The notes below the pieces were generated by a model that was given only the letters and a program-made list of their open reading frames with translations, ran no database searches and was not told the origin of the DNA. From positions 1-64,000 of the forward strand of contig QPMI01000577.1 in assembly GCA_004431415.1 (NCBI GenBank): a stretch of DNA of 64,000 nucleotides, written 5' to 3'. This stretch comes from Cyanophora paradoxa CCMP329. Its lineage: Eukaryota; Plantae; Glaucophyta. Made by a program: the position numbers and the translations under genes. Shown here in pieces: positions 9,161 to 21,793 of this stretch. The first letter of the stretch is position 1, and every line of letters starts with the position of its first letter.

Positions 9161-12100
9161 ATGCCTCTTGTGCGCGCGCAGCCCTCGCGTTTGATCGCCG
9201 GAGTACTCGGCGCGGTGGTTTTGGCGGCAATCGTGGCATCTTCAGCAGTCTTGGCGGACGGAAGTTTCGATGGCACTCTCGTAAGTGGCGAGCTGGGAGG
9301 TGCGCTACGTATACCGTGTACTAGGCTAGCAGTAGCGAAGCTGATCAAGCAGATCGATTACTATACTGATCATAAACCGTCGCGATGTCGATCGCTTTCT
9401 CGAAATCTTTACTTTCAAGTTTTGTTCAATCCCCGCGGCCGCGCCCCCGGCCCGGCAACACAAATAACCGACTCGGCGATGTCGCACGCAGTTAACCGCG
9501 TGTCTCTGGGGACATTCGATGTCGCTGGCAACAAGGGCGCGTTTGTGCTGTGCTCTGTCTCATCTCCGAAGGATGGATCGCTCATCGCCGCCGTTTCCGA
9601 GAGCTTTTATGCGCCGGAGGAATCGTACCTTGTGAAGGTGCAGAATTGCCAACGTCTTTAACTGGCAATGGCTCGCCGCGCTCGCGCTGCAGCGCTAGCT
9701 GATCATGATTGTCTGGTCCGGGTGTGCATGCGCCCCCGCCTGCCGCGCTCGCATGTTCAGCTCGACGCTCCGACGTGGACAACGATCTCGGCGACGTCGC
9801 GAAGCCTGGGGCTGTCGACGTCCGGATCCTTGGTGCCGAGTCAAGATCCATATCGGGAGCTCGAGGGGCGAAACGGAACCCTTCAAAGGGGCGCTATGAA
9901 CTGCAGCATCGATGCAAAAGGTGCACGTTGAATACCTTCTTAGATTTACGCCTCACGCGTACGTATACCTTATTACTAGATCGTTATATAATTATGCGCA
10001 TGCTTGTCTGCCAGGTTATGAATACATACATACGCATATAACGTATACGCACAATCAATGATTAAGCGTGAAGTAGGATTCGAAACTATGATACCTATGT
10101 ATTGCCAGGGCTGAACGAGTTCAAATTTTGCGCATGCGCAGGGCAGTACGCTTATTTTGCTGGCCCGCGGGAGGTGAGAGCGCCCGGCCCGCAGAATAAG
10201 CGTATGTATGCTGCCCTTACGTACGATCGACCGGCACTGTGCAGGTGATTCAAGTCGACGCCGCGACGCTCGTAACGACCGGCATTTACGAACTGGATTC
10301 GTCGTACCGCATTGTTGCGATTCACGCCGTCGGCGAAAATGTCCGTGCGGCACCGTTAACGTTGCCCAATCAGCTCATCACTGAGTCATCAAGCTGCGCA
10401 TGCGCACTCACATGCTCGATTGATGCAAATTCTCGCAGGTTTACGTTGTCACTGCACGGATCAGCGGCGATAGCGCCGTCGGTCGAGTCATTCGCCTCAA
10501 CAACGCACCGGCCGCGGTGTCGGCCGCCACGAAGCGCAATCTACGTGCCGTCCCTGGGCTACTCTCTGTCAACCAGACCGTCGACATCCCGAGCTCCGTA
10601 GGGCGGCCCCGCACGTCGGTCCTCGCGCCCACGGTGGGCCTACTTTTTGTCGCCAGTGACGGCCTTGGGGCGCGGGCCCTCCGCCTGGATGACGTCACCG
10701 TCCATGCCGACGTGCCCCCAGTCTCGGAGGGAATCGACACCCTGCAGGGCCCCTTTAACGGCGCGGTTGCGGAGAGCGACGGGCGCCTCTACATTCTTTC
10801 GTTTGCCAATCCAGCTCCGACGTGCGGCCCGTGCTCGGAGGAAGAGTACCGCTCGTCTATGGGGGGACACCTCCCGCCAAATGCAGTCACGCTCCCCATC
10901 GCGGACCGCGTCAGCGGCGTCGACTACTGCACCAACTGCGACACGAGTACCGGCCGTTTGTTCGACCGCCGCTGCACGCCTTGCGGTGCAGTGCCCTTCT
11001 TGAAGAACGCCCACCTCGCGCTCTTCCACTTCAAACTCGAGCCCTCCGGAGCCGGGAGCTCGTGCGCTCGTTTACTTCATTGTTATATATATATATAAGC
11101 CTATTCAGCCTCGCTTGCTCTGATCATGATCACGACTACAAACATGCCTCTTATCAGACTTACTCTCTTGCGCAACGAGACTTATCGGGCTGAAATCCCA
11201 GTGCGTCCTACATGCATATGCACGACCAGTACTGGTCAATAATATGATACTCCGCCTAGGCCTGTAACTTACACACATGGCTCCCAGGTTACATTTCCGA
11301 TCTCCAGCAGCTTGCCCTTCATGTTCTTCCCATGCGCAACCGTCAGCTCTGGCGCAAATGCGGCGCCGACCGACGCGCGAGCGTACACTGTCGCTTCCAC
11401 GATTGTCGGGACACAACGCACGTGGGGTGCGCATGCACATGGTCGCGCCATGCTAACACTCTTCCTCTCTTCTCAGGGTGCTATAGTTAATTACCAAAAA
11501 ATGAAATATTTAATTTTGATTGCACAGCGGCACGCTTTAATTTCTTGCGCAGTAATTCGGGCGTTCTCGCTGTACCCAAACCTTAGCGAAATTGGTATTG
11601 CGCACAACAGCCCGAACGTCGGCTTTTTTCTATCGAATGTTATTCAGGTGCTGTACACACACACGTTTTGCAGTTACCTTGCTGCTGCTCTCGTCTCAGT
11701 TGTTTACTTGCGGTGTGTAGGTTGTACGCAGTGGCACAAACAATTCAACGGTGTTCATGGGGGTTCAAGGATCACCCCCCCTACCGCCACCCCCCGGTTC
11801 AAATGCAACAGCACCAGGTCTCCAACGCATGGAGCGCGTAGCAACTAAATCAAATTCGCATTGTAGTAACCATGAATGCACTCCGAACGTGCAGTTGATC
11901 CCCTCTGTCCATCTGGATCCTGCCCACGATTCATCCAATACTCACTGCCCGGTCAGGATTGATTTCTAATTATCCGGCGCCCGGCTTTAAGTTTCCCATC
12001 TAATTGTAACACGACTTTCCCATCGAACACGTCAGATGTTTGCCCGGGTCCTTCTCAGCCAACCAGTCAGAGTCCAGGTCAGTCAATTCGATTTGCCCTT

Positions 12101-14635
12101 CGAATTCCGTCAATTGCAATCAGCTATAGAGCTAGGTATAAATAATTTTCTGACTTCGCATGTGGGACTCAGGCGGAAACGAGGGCGGGCCTCAGGGCTC
12201 AGGGGCAGGTGTCACATGGGGCGTCATCCTGCCTGTCAACAGCAGCTCCCTCGACGGCACTGTGGTTCGCTATATCACAGGATCGGGCTTCCCCACGAAC
12301 GACCCTGCGCTCTCCCTGACCATCGGCGACCTCGTCGTGTCGAACCTCGCTGTGGCGCCGAACGCATCGCTGCTCACCTTCACGATCCCCGCCCCTTCCC
12401 AAAACCCGAACAACGCTTTGGTCGCCGGTTCGTGCTTTCTTGACTCAGTGACGCGCGCTGCTCGCAGTCGCTTGCAAGCCGTTCGGTATAGGCCTGATCA
12501 TGAGCCCTGAGCCTATTGCCAATCGGCAGGGACGCATTACGACATCGTTCTAAGAACGTCCAATGGCGTGCAAGTGGCCACTTTCCCGAAGTCGTATGTC
12601 TTCTTTTCGCCGGTAATCGAATATATAGCTTCTTGCAAATTGTTGCCGTCTTCATTCTGAAGCACGGGAGCGGGCTTCAGAACTCGGCAGCAGGGGGGGC
12701 AGGTGTCACGTGGGGCGTCATCCTGCCTGTCAACAGCAGCTCCCTCGACGGCACTGTGGTTCGCTATATCACAGGATCGGGCTTCCCCACGAACGATCCT
12801 GCGCTCTACCTGACCATCGGCGACCTCGTCGTGTCGAACCTCGCTGTGGCGCCGAACGCATCGCTGCTCACCTTCACGATCCCCGCCCCTTCCCAAAACC
12901 CGAACAACGCTTTGGTCGCCGGTTCGTGCTTTCTTGACTCAGTGACGCGCGCTGCTCGCAGTCGCTTGCAAGCCGTTCGGTATAGGCCCTGAGCCCTGAG
13001 CCTGTTGCCGATCGACAGAGACACATTACGACATTGTTCTAAGAACGTCCAATGGCGTGCAAGTGGCCACTTTCCCGAAGTCGTATGTCTTCTTCTTGCC
13101 GGTAATTACATAATAAAATCAAACAAATTCTTACATGCGCATCCTCGAGCTCAAGCTTTGTTCCAGGGTGGAAATGGGAGCCGGCTTCAGGTCGTCGGAA
13201 TTCGCAAGCGGGTGCAGGCCAACAGCACTGAGAGCGTCTTTATCAGCTGCAAGGTGCTCAGCTGCCGACGTCGACGTCATGATCAAGTTTAGAATTTGAA
13301 GGACAATCGCTTAACCTAACGCTATCCTGCAGGGCTGCAACTTCGACCCCACAGATGTGGTAGAGGTGCGCATGCGCGGGCCCCGGGCCTGCGCGCTGCT
13401 GCTGCAATCATATATAATTAAATTGAAGCTTGATCCTGATCGGTACCATGAGCAGGTCTACATTCAAATCCCGGACTCGACGAGCCGCGGCTGGGCCATC
13501 AAAACTCCGGGGAACGTGACTTTATACCGCGGGCCCGCCAACACGTGCGGAATGAGGGCGCCGAACGCGAGGGTCGTGTCCGACTCCCAAGTGGACTTCA
13601 CGTCGCCCGTCTTCAGCTCCGCGTGCATCAGGGACAACTTCCGCCGCTCGCTGCTGCAGGCGCAGGACCAAAGGGCGCTCAACACCCCGTACAGTGCGTC
13701 GACCGCCGGACGTCGTTCCCCCGCGCCTGTTCGCCACCGATGAATCGATATCGATATCATGCGCTTGTGCAGGCGTGGTGCTGGTTTCCGCACAGCAGGG
13801 ACCCTTCGTCGTTCCTGCGGTCTGCGCCTCGCCCGCCGAGTCGATCTAGATTTAATTTGTACATATAAATGGCGATACATTAATTATAACCTTCTAGATA
13901 TAATTCGTGCGTGCGTGTACATGTGCGTGATCAAGAACGTTCGAATTCCATTCGCAGGCCTTCGAGTGGTTCGACGTCGATGCGGGGTCCGGCACACCGG
14001 CCGCTCCCACCGGAGCCACCAGCAACATTAATTACTCGCCTTACCAGTCCGCCGAGAAAAGCGTGCGCACCTGCAGCTTATTGTATAACCGCTCGTACTT
14101 GTTAATCCTTCAATTCGTGTGTGCTCACATGCTGTTCGAATTCGGAGCGCAGAGCTCGAGCTCCCCGGACCACTCGCCTGCGATCATTGTTCCCGTCGTC
14201 GTCGGCGTCTGCCTCGTCGCGCTCGCCGTCGGCCTCGTGGGAGTCTTCGCGTACCGCCGCCGCCGCTGGGGCCGCCTCCGCGAGTTCGTCGACGTCCGAG
14301 TGACCTTCGCCGACCCGGCGCCGCCAGGCGCCGACTCCGTCGCGGCGGCGATCGCGTCCTCGCTGCGTGCTCCGCGCGTTGCGGCGGTCGGGCTGAAGGG
14401 CGATCGCGAGGCCCGCGCGGCGCTCGTGCGGGTGCACGACGCGCGGCAGCGGTCGACGGGCGAGGTCCGCCGCGTGACCGAGGAGCTCCTCGCGTGGGCG
14501 TCGAAGGGCGTGGCGGGCTCCACGCTGGCCGGCCGCAAGGTCGCGTTCGCCGAGCTGCTGCGCCAGCCGGCGGCCGCAAAGTCAACCGTGGACGGCTCTG
14601 ACTTCTACTCCAGCCGCGTCAACATCGCTCTGTAG
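9161..14635 (+). CDS. Multi-exon type I membrane protein with IPT/TIG-like domains (possibly two genes)
   Basis: Signal peptide LIAGVLGAVVLAAIVASSAVLA; Cys-rich segment; IPT-like PVNSSSLDGTVVRYITGSGF...LTIG...LTFTIP and ARVVSDSQVDFTSP; TM helix IIVPVVVGVCLVALAVGLVGVFAY followed by RRRR; GT-AG introns. Confidence 0.65.
12202..13106 (+). repeat. Near-identical intragenic tandem duplication of the IPT exon region (12202-12618 / 12696-13106)
   Basis: Identical peptide GAGVTWGVILPVNSSSLDG... in ORFs 12160 and 12516; offset 494 bp. Confidence 0.95.
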
Positions 14636-14664
14636 CCGACTGTGGCTCGCGCGCTTCCGAAGCT

Positions 14665-14667
<3 letters not shown>

Positions 14668-14707
<40 letters not shown>
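14668..14707. repeat. (TA)n microsatellite
   Basis: About 20 TA units. Confidence 0.95.
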
Positions 14708-14709
<2 letters not shown>

Positions 14710-15114
14710 CAATTAATCGACATTCCGGATCCTACTGGTACCTTAGCTTTTACTGATAATTAGGTTTGCGGATACCCTCCCACTGGTAGATCTTGGATCC
14801 TACTATTCTGTGGCTCCGATCCAGTGGCTCCGATTTATTCTTATATTGATGTCGACGTCGATGTCCGCGCGCTTAAATTAAATGCCCGCTGCAGCTGGTT
14901 ATATGTATTGCCCGAGAGAACAATGCGCCCCCGGGCCCCCGGGCCCCCGCCCCCCGGCCCCTTAGCGCCCACACGCAATCTTGGTTCGCGTTTCAAGTTC
15001 GAGTCTTGCAATTGGGAAGAGGTTAAGTTCAAATCAAATAAATGCAGCGTATTCTAAAAAATAGAATTGCTACAGCTAGATGTGATGCGAAATCATTCGC
15101 GATGTGTCCAAGTA

Positions 15115-17245
15115 CTAGTATCGATATCGCCGGCGCTCGAGTTTGGACACAGTCACTCGGGCGGCCGGCCACGCGTCCTCCATCAGCTGCTGGACCACTC
15201 TCGTGTACCCCTCCAGCTCATCCTGGCCCTCGACGCGGACGGCGAGCAGGGCCGACTTGAGCGTGCTGGAGCGCGCGCACGCGCTCGAGCTCAAGCGCTG
15301 CGGGCAGAAGTAGGAAGAAGATGTGAATGAGAGCTAATATAATTATTACGGCATGTTTGATTGCTGGTTAGAAACTGAAAGAACCTGAAGAGGACGGATC
15401 TCTGGGATGGAGTGAATGATGCAGCGGAGTTCCAGGGTCGAGAGTTTCGCGCAAGCAGCGATGGCCTCCGCCTCGGAAGCGTCGAGCGGCCGCTCGAGGG
15501 AAAGCGTCAGGCCAGTGAGGATACGATTGCACGCGAGGAAGAGGCTCGCAGTGGCCGTTGCATCCACCTCGACCCCGCCTATCGGGCCTGGACCATTGGG
15601 AAGGTTGTGGCGAAGGTGGAGTTCCAGCGACTCGAGCTTCGGGCAACCCGCGATGGCCTTCTCGAGCGCCTGAAGCCGCTCGGTGATGCACGTGTCGCTG
15701 CTCACCGAGAACTTCGCCTTGCGAAGGTTCGCTGATTTGAAGGCGGCGAGGTCGGCCGGGAGCAAGCTGGAGTCGCCCAGCTGCAAACACGGGCAGTTAG
15801 CTGCAGAAATTAATATAAGCTAAAGCTTAAGATCGAGAATTGAAGGTCAAGGTCACGTCCAATTGATTGGAGATCTAGATCCGGGAACGCGCACGTCAAG
15901 AGTCAGCTCTTCGAGGATGGTGAATTGCGCAATTGCGCGCAGGGCCGCGCTGTCGATGACAAAACCTTCCCTGAAGTGACAATTTCAAAGTCATAAAGTG
16001 GATGTTAATTGATTATAATTAAATATATCGCAGTTTCTTGGCGGCAAATGGCGATTACAGACGCTTACCACGCAGACGCTTCATCCACGATCAACGCTCG
16101 AAGCGAATTGCAAGCGGAGCCGTTCACGATGGCGATAAGGGAGCTGCTGGTCCTCGAGGGGTCCTTGTGTTCCACATCCCAACCAGTGCATCGGATGATT
16201 ATATCGCTCAAAGCTGACAACGGCGCAAGGGCTGCCAGAGCTCCCAGCTGATCATCATCTTCTTCATCGGAATCATATGCGCATGCATTAGGCTGAAAGT
16301 GGATCGACTGCAGATTCGGAAGGCTTCGTGCAATCGCTGCCGCTGATTTGCTGCTCACGTGAAGTGCAGAGGGCATTAGCTTCAGGGTGCGGAGGCTGCT
16401 CAACGGCTCCAGCAACGCTTGCAGCTCTTCCACAGATGGACCTTCGCGCATGTATACACCGAAGCCAACGAAGGAGACCAGGGCATCCACATCTGGCTCG
16501 ACGGCGATGGAGAGCTTCTCCAGGGAGCTGCGCGCTGGGTGCTGCGGCCATAGCGCCGCGAGCGTCCCGTCCAGAAAGACCCGCATGCATTCCCGAGTCT
16601 GCTGCATCTGCAGCTTCTGCAGCTCCATAAGGGGATCATCCTTCACGTGATTTTTGTCGACCACTAAACTCGCGTCCGCCTCCGCCAGGCGGCCGTCCTT
16701 GCTGCAGGCCGCCAGCACGCCGCACGCCGATGCGACAAGGCTGTAGGCTTCTGGCTCCATGCGCGTGATATCGTAGGATATCAACGCTGGGTGTAGATAT
16801 CGTCGGATATCAACGTTGATCGACACTCGCGCGCGGCCAGCGAGATTGATCTTTCCGCTCCGGACGAGCGACGCAAGCTGCTCAAAATTCTGCGATTCAT
16901 TCGACCGCAGCTCGACATTGTTCCACCCTGCGCTCTCAATTGCGGTCCTCCACCGCCTGCGCACGCGCGGCGTAGCGCGGCATGCGCCAGGTCATCGATG
17001 ATGCTTATATAATGCACGATCCAATGATCTGCGAGGCCTGGACGAACCTGCACACGACGCGAAGCTGCCATGCCTCCAGAAGAGAGACTGACTGCAGAAT
17101 GCGGCCGAGGCCCTAGGACGCCATCGGGCAGGTCGGCGATGGAATAAATGCGCAGCGCCGCGCTCGCGATCGACGTCGACCCGATGTCGTTAGCTGGCGC
17201 ATCTACCGGCGCCCGTGCTCGCTTCGCTGCGCGTTCACGCGCCAT
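15115..17245 (-). CDS. F-box / LRR-like protein (paralogue 1), multi-exon
   Basis: F-box-like IADLPDGVLG...RRWR; LRR-like LSSLRTLKL, LPNLQSIHF, CPKLESLEL; ends DAWPAARVTVSKLERRRYRY*. Confidence 0.75.
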
Positions 17246-17639
17246 CTTTTCGCTCGATCGCGAGCTCGGTCGGCTGGCCGGCGGCGAAGCCCACCCTCCG
17301 TTACAATTGATCGCTTGGAATTTGATCGTGAGCTCCTCGACGTGAGCTCCTCCTCTTCGGAATTCCAGACGCGGCCCCGGCCCGGTGGAGCCCCTCTTTA
17401 ATTTTCTCTCTAGCTAGCTATATGCTAGCTATAGACTCGAGAGCTCATGCATGCCGGGCCGGTTTATCTATCGAAATGTTCTATCATTTTTCAGGAGGGG
17501 TGAGGCATCGACCCCACGGTATTTTTTGCTCAAACCGGCCCCCACGCCCGGCGGCCCAACTGGGACGGACAGGGACCTGATGGTGCGGCGGCGCTAGGGC
17601 TAGGCGCCGACAGAGGGGGGGGGGGGGGGGGGGGGGCTG

Positions 17640-19930
17640 GGTTAGAGGCCGAGGCCGCCGGGCCGAGGAGGGCGGCCAGACCCGAATTCCAAAACCTTGT
17701 CCTTCGTGCTCTCCGCGCCCGGTGCCGCCGCCGCCGCCGCAGCCGGCCCGTCGGTGGTGGCAGCGCCGGCGCCGGAGGAGAAATTTCGAAAAAGTTCTCT
17801 CAGAGAGTCTGAGTTTCTCATTACAATCATTGAATTTCTCTCTTTCGACTGCGCTTGCTACGTATACGGCATTATCTAAAGCGTATGCCAAAGCTCTTCC
17901 ATAATCCTTGCATCTTTTTCCACGTACGATTTCAGCTGCGAATTCGATCATAATATCGCTTGCATATCGATATCGATATCGGCGAAAATCGCAAGCACAC
18001 CTCGGATTGATTCTTCAGTATCTTGTCTTTGAAGCCAGCCATCCAGGACTTCGAGTGCTTGAATGTCGGCCAAGAGCTCGCAATCGCCGTGCTGGATGCG
18101 AGATTTGCGAATGTTCTCTGAGGAAGGAAAGTGAATGGCGAATTATAGTTTTATGATGGCGATATCGATATCGATCATCGGATCCGCTTTCTATTCTTCT
18201 GTAGCATCGATATTCGTATATATTCTGCAAACCTGATAGGACTCTGCGTCCGTCACGAGGTGCAGGTGGAATTGACCTGCTCGTCGTAGCAAAATCAATT
18301 GCAAATACGTTTGATTCGGCTTTGATCAGTATTAATATTGAGATCCTGCTGCGCACCCTGCGTCCGCCATCCGCCAAGATGGATCTGCGCCCCATTCAAT
18401 CATAAATCAAATCTCTACACATGCCTCAACAATTACCGAATCATACCTGAATGTCGAATTTGGCGCTCCCGTGGCTGGAAAACCTCTCCATGATCTCCGC
18501 AACTCCGCCAAAAAGCTCGCGCTTGATCCGCGGCCGCTGCTCCGACGACTCCGACGAATCCTCGAGGTCGTAATAGGAGCCGCGAAGAGAGAGCGTCTGA
18601 TGCAAATACAACCTCATTCAATTTCGGCATTTCAAGATAATCATCTCGGGCATCGATATCGCGATCAAAGACGGACCTGACTGTGCTTTGCGACGACCAT
18701 GATGTGAGGGCGTGTCTGCACATCGTATGAAACCTGTCGACGACGTCGATTCGTCGATCAGTAATTCAACTTTTCGTCTACGTAATTAAATAATCGGGTG
18801 TGATGTCGATTATCCATTAATATTTCAGATCTGGGAGCGGACCTGGAAGTGCTCGGTGTTGAATTGCGGTAAATCCAGTGACTGAAAATGGTAGGAGGTC
18901 TTGGAGGGCTCGTCGGCGACTTGCGCTTCGGGGGCCGGGATCGCGGGCCGGCTCAGGTCCACCGGGACGCTTCTGCCTCCTCGCCCAGAGATTTTGGACT
19001 CCTCCTTCGCCCTGAAAGAAATTAATGCGTGATCGTGGTCAGTTCAATTATATTTATTGCGGAGTCATGATCATGATCGGTAAACAGCTGATATGCCGAC
19101 TGTACCTGGAAGCGGCTTCATCGATGGCGTGGAGGTCGAAGGCCCAGCGGAAGTCCCTGTACTTGTCGAACCAGCGCCTGTCCAGGACGGGGCCGTCGAC
19201 GTCGCCCTTCTCGGGGCTCGCGGCCGCGGCCGCGGCCAGCCGCACGCCGGAGGCGCGGGCTACGAGAGCGAAGGAGCGGACGTCCGGTTTGATGTAGGCG
19301 CGAGTGGCGACGAGGGCGCCCGTCCCCGCCGACTTTCCCACCTCGATCCGGATGTGGAACCCCTGAAGTCGAAATATTATGTTATTACGAGGTTATTAAG
19401 TTCAAATTCGAAAGAATCAATTTCTGCACCATATCGCCTTTCTTGCAGGCGGGGTAGGACGCCGAACCTGTGTTACGCAATTCGAATTCGTCGCAATCGA
19501 TATCGTTAGCGTTCAATCATGATTACGGGGGGTTCGGTTAGATAATTAATAAATATTATATGAATCAGCCAGCGCGCACCCGGCAGGCGGAGGCGCGTGG
19601 CGGCGTTGGCGAGGTCCTCCGCGAGGCCGAGCAGCGCCTCGGGCGTCGCGGCGAGCGGGTCGCCGTCCCCGAGCTCCAGGAACAGCTCCGGCGCACCTGC
19701 GGCGCTCTTATAAATCAGGACTCGCAATCTAAAACATTGTATTGGGTGAATCAGACAGGCGAAGCGAGGCACCTCCGAGGCAGAGTCGCAGAGGGCGGCT
19801 GGGCAGAGGGGCCGCCTCCGAGGGAATCGGCTTCGAAATCGAACACGAGAGTGGCGCCGGCGCCCGCGCCCCGTGGCTGCGGCCGGGCCCCGCCGCGGCC
19901 TGCTGGACTGCAAATCTTGAGCCGCCATAG
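17640..19930 (-). CDS. HIT-like domain protein, multi-exon (ends approximate)
   Basis: Spliced by eye: TEHFQ|VSYDVQTRPHIMVVAKHSQ ... IHLGGWRTQ|GQFHLHLV, resembling the HIT N-terminal strand and histidine-triad region. Confidence 0.5.
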
Positions 19931-20812
19931 CGACCGCGGCCGTACGCGGCCCGGGGGCCATCGACATCGCGGCCGTCGCTATAGCCAGCCCCTCTCCTGT
20001 CGACATCACGCCCCCTCCAGCTCGCTCCAGCCGACGCCTCACCCGATTGCGCGGGGCCCCAGCTGTCGCCTTGGCGCTGCCGCTTGAAGTCCGGAGGGGA
20101 GTGCATGGGGCTACTGGCGGGTAGTGGCGGTTAGCTACAGCTGTCACAGTTACTGCGGCAGTTACTCGGTAACCGCCGCCCCGATCTAAAGTTCGACCGA
20201 GCAGAGTTTCGCTCTAAATTTCGGTCGAAAAGGGACGCCAGGCCAGGGTACGATTTCACAATTTTATTGTCGATCAGGTCTAGATCTCTCATGATCATGA
20301 TCAGCAGCTGTACATGTTGCCCTATAGCTAGGCCCTTCGCGATTGGGGGCGCTCGCTGACGGGCGACGCGCCCTGCAGAAGGGGAAGAGGAATAACAAGA
20401 CGACGTGGAGGCTGAGGCTAAGCAGGACGATGCGAAAAATATAAAGGGCAGAGCTACCGCACAAGGAGGACACAGAAGGCGGATCAGGCGGATCAAGAGC
20501 AGGCCAAAGGACAGTCAAAGAGATCAGTAAAGCCGGCCGGCGCTGGAGCGAGCAGTCGAAATGCAAATGACGGCGAACGACGTCGACAGGTCGAGCACGA
20601 GGACTAGCTATAGCTATAGTCCTAAAACTAGTGCTAGCATCAACACTACAATCGATATCAGAATTTGAACCAAACCTAACTACACTACAAGACGGCCGCT
20701 CCCTCCCGGGGGATCGATAGCCGCTCCGGGTCGGCCCCCCCCCCCCCCCCCCCCCCCCCCCCTTTACCTCATACCTGATCATGAGTACCACCCCCGCCAG
20801 GCCGCCGAGTAC

Positions 20813-21560
20813 ATGATCTTTGCATCCCCGGCCCCAGGGACGAGCTGGCCCTGTACTCCGAGTTGGCAGCGGCGCCGCTATCCTTCCCCAGGCTCGAGCG
20901 CATCGCCTCCAGGCTGCTCGTCCTGTACCCCCGGCTCGCTAGTCCGCCCGCCCGCCGCGATGTACACCCCACGCGGCTCCGCAGCTCGGAGGCGGGGGCG
21001 GTGGTGGTGGGGCGGCTCCTGCAGCACGGGCCGCTGCGCGCGCGAGGTTGCGCAGGCCTAGGCGCGCGCTGGAGGAGGACCGCGGGGCCGGGGCGGCCTA
21101 CTGCCGGGGCTCGCGATCGCCGTCCCGTCCTCGCCATCCGCCGCGCCCGCGCCGCCGGTCCTCGCCCCTTTCCGCCCTCGACCTCGACATCATGATCACC
21201 GCCGGTCCGGCGCCGCTCCGCCTCGCCCTTGCCTCCACCACGTGCACAGCCTCCGAGCGACCCGTCTCGCGCAGTGTCCACACGTACGGGGGGCGACCTG
21301 CAGCTGGCCCTCCTGCTGGAGGCCGCCGGGCCCGTCCCGCGGACCCACCGCCTCCGCCTGGACGTGCCGCCCCTGCCATACGAGCTCGCGGCCCTCGCCG
21401 CCTGCGCCTCCACCGGCGGCCCGCGCCGCGCACCGCCTCGCGATCGAGTCCTCTCTCCCCGCAGGTCTGGCTCGTGGCGGGACGGGGCCCGCTGCGCGTG
21501 CCTGCTCCTTGCGGCCCGCGTGCGCGTGCGCCCCGCCGCCGAGACGGACAGGCCCTGGTC
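20813..21560 (+). CDS. Hypothetical protein fragment(s)
   Basis: Coding-like peptides (LSFPRLERIASRLLVLYP, GGDLQLALLLEA); frame and exon structure unresolved. Confidence 0.3.
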
Positions 21561-21793
21561 CTTGTTCGAAAGACGATATCGATGGCACTAGTGCTGTCGC
21601 TAGCTCGATGCAGCCGCTGATCGTGAGCACCCAGTCGAAATATTAATCATTCCCCGCCCCTCGGGCCCTTGTTCATCGTTGCGAAAGAATTATAATTATT
21701 ATTGCAATTATATATGCCTTCCGAGACACGGGCCTGCATCACATCACATCACACGGCCACCACGACGATGGAGAAGGCTGCAGTAAAACACAT

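Noticed and set aside
17613-17636. G/C homopolymer tracts (also ~20735, 30322, 44234, 48818, 55809) as G-quadruplex elements
   Set aside because: Common in this genome's introns, and tract lengths are unreliable in long-read data.
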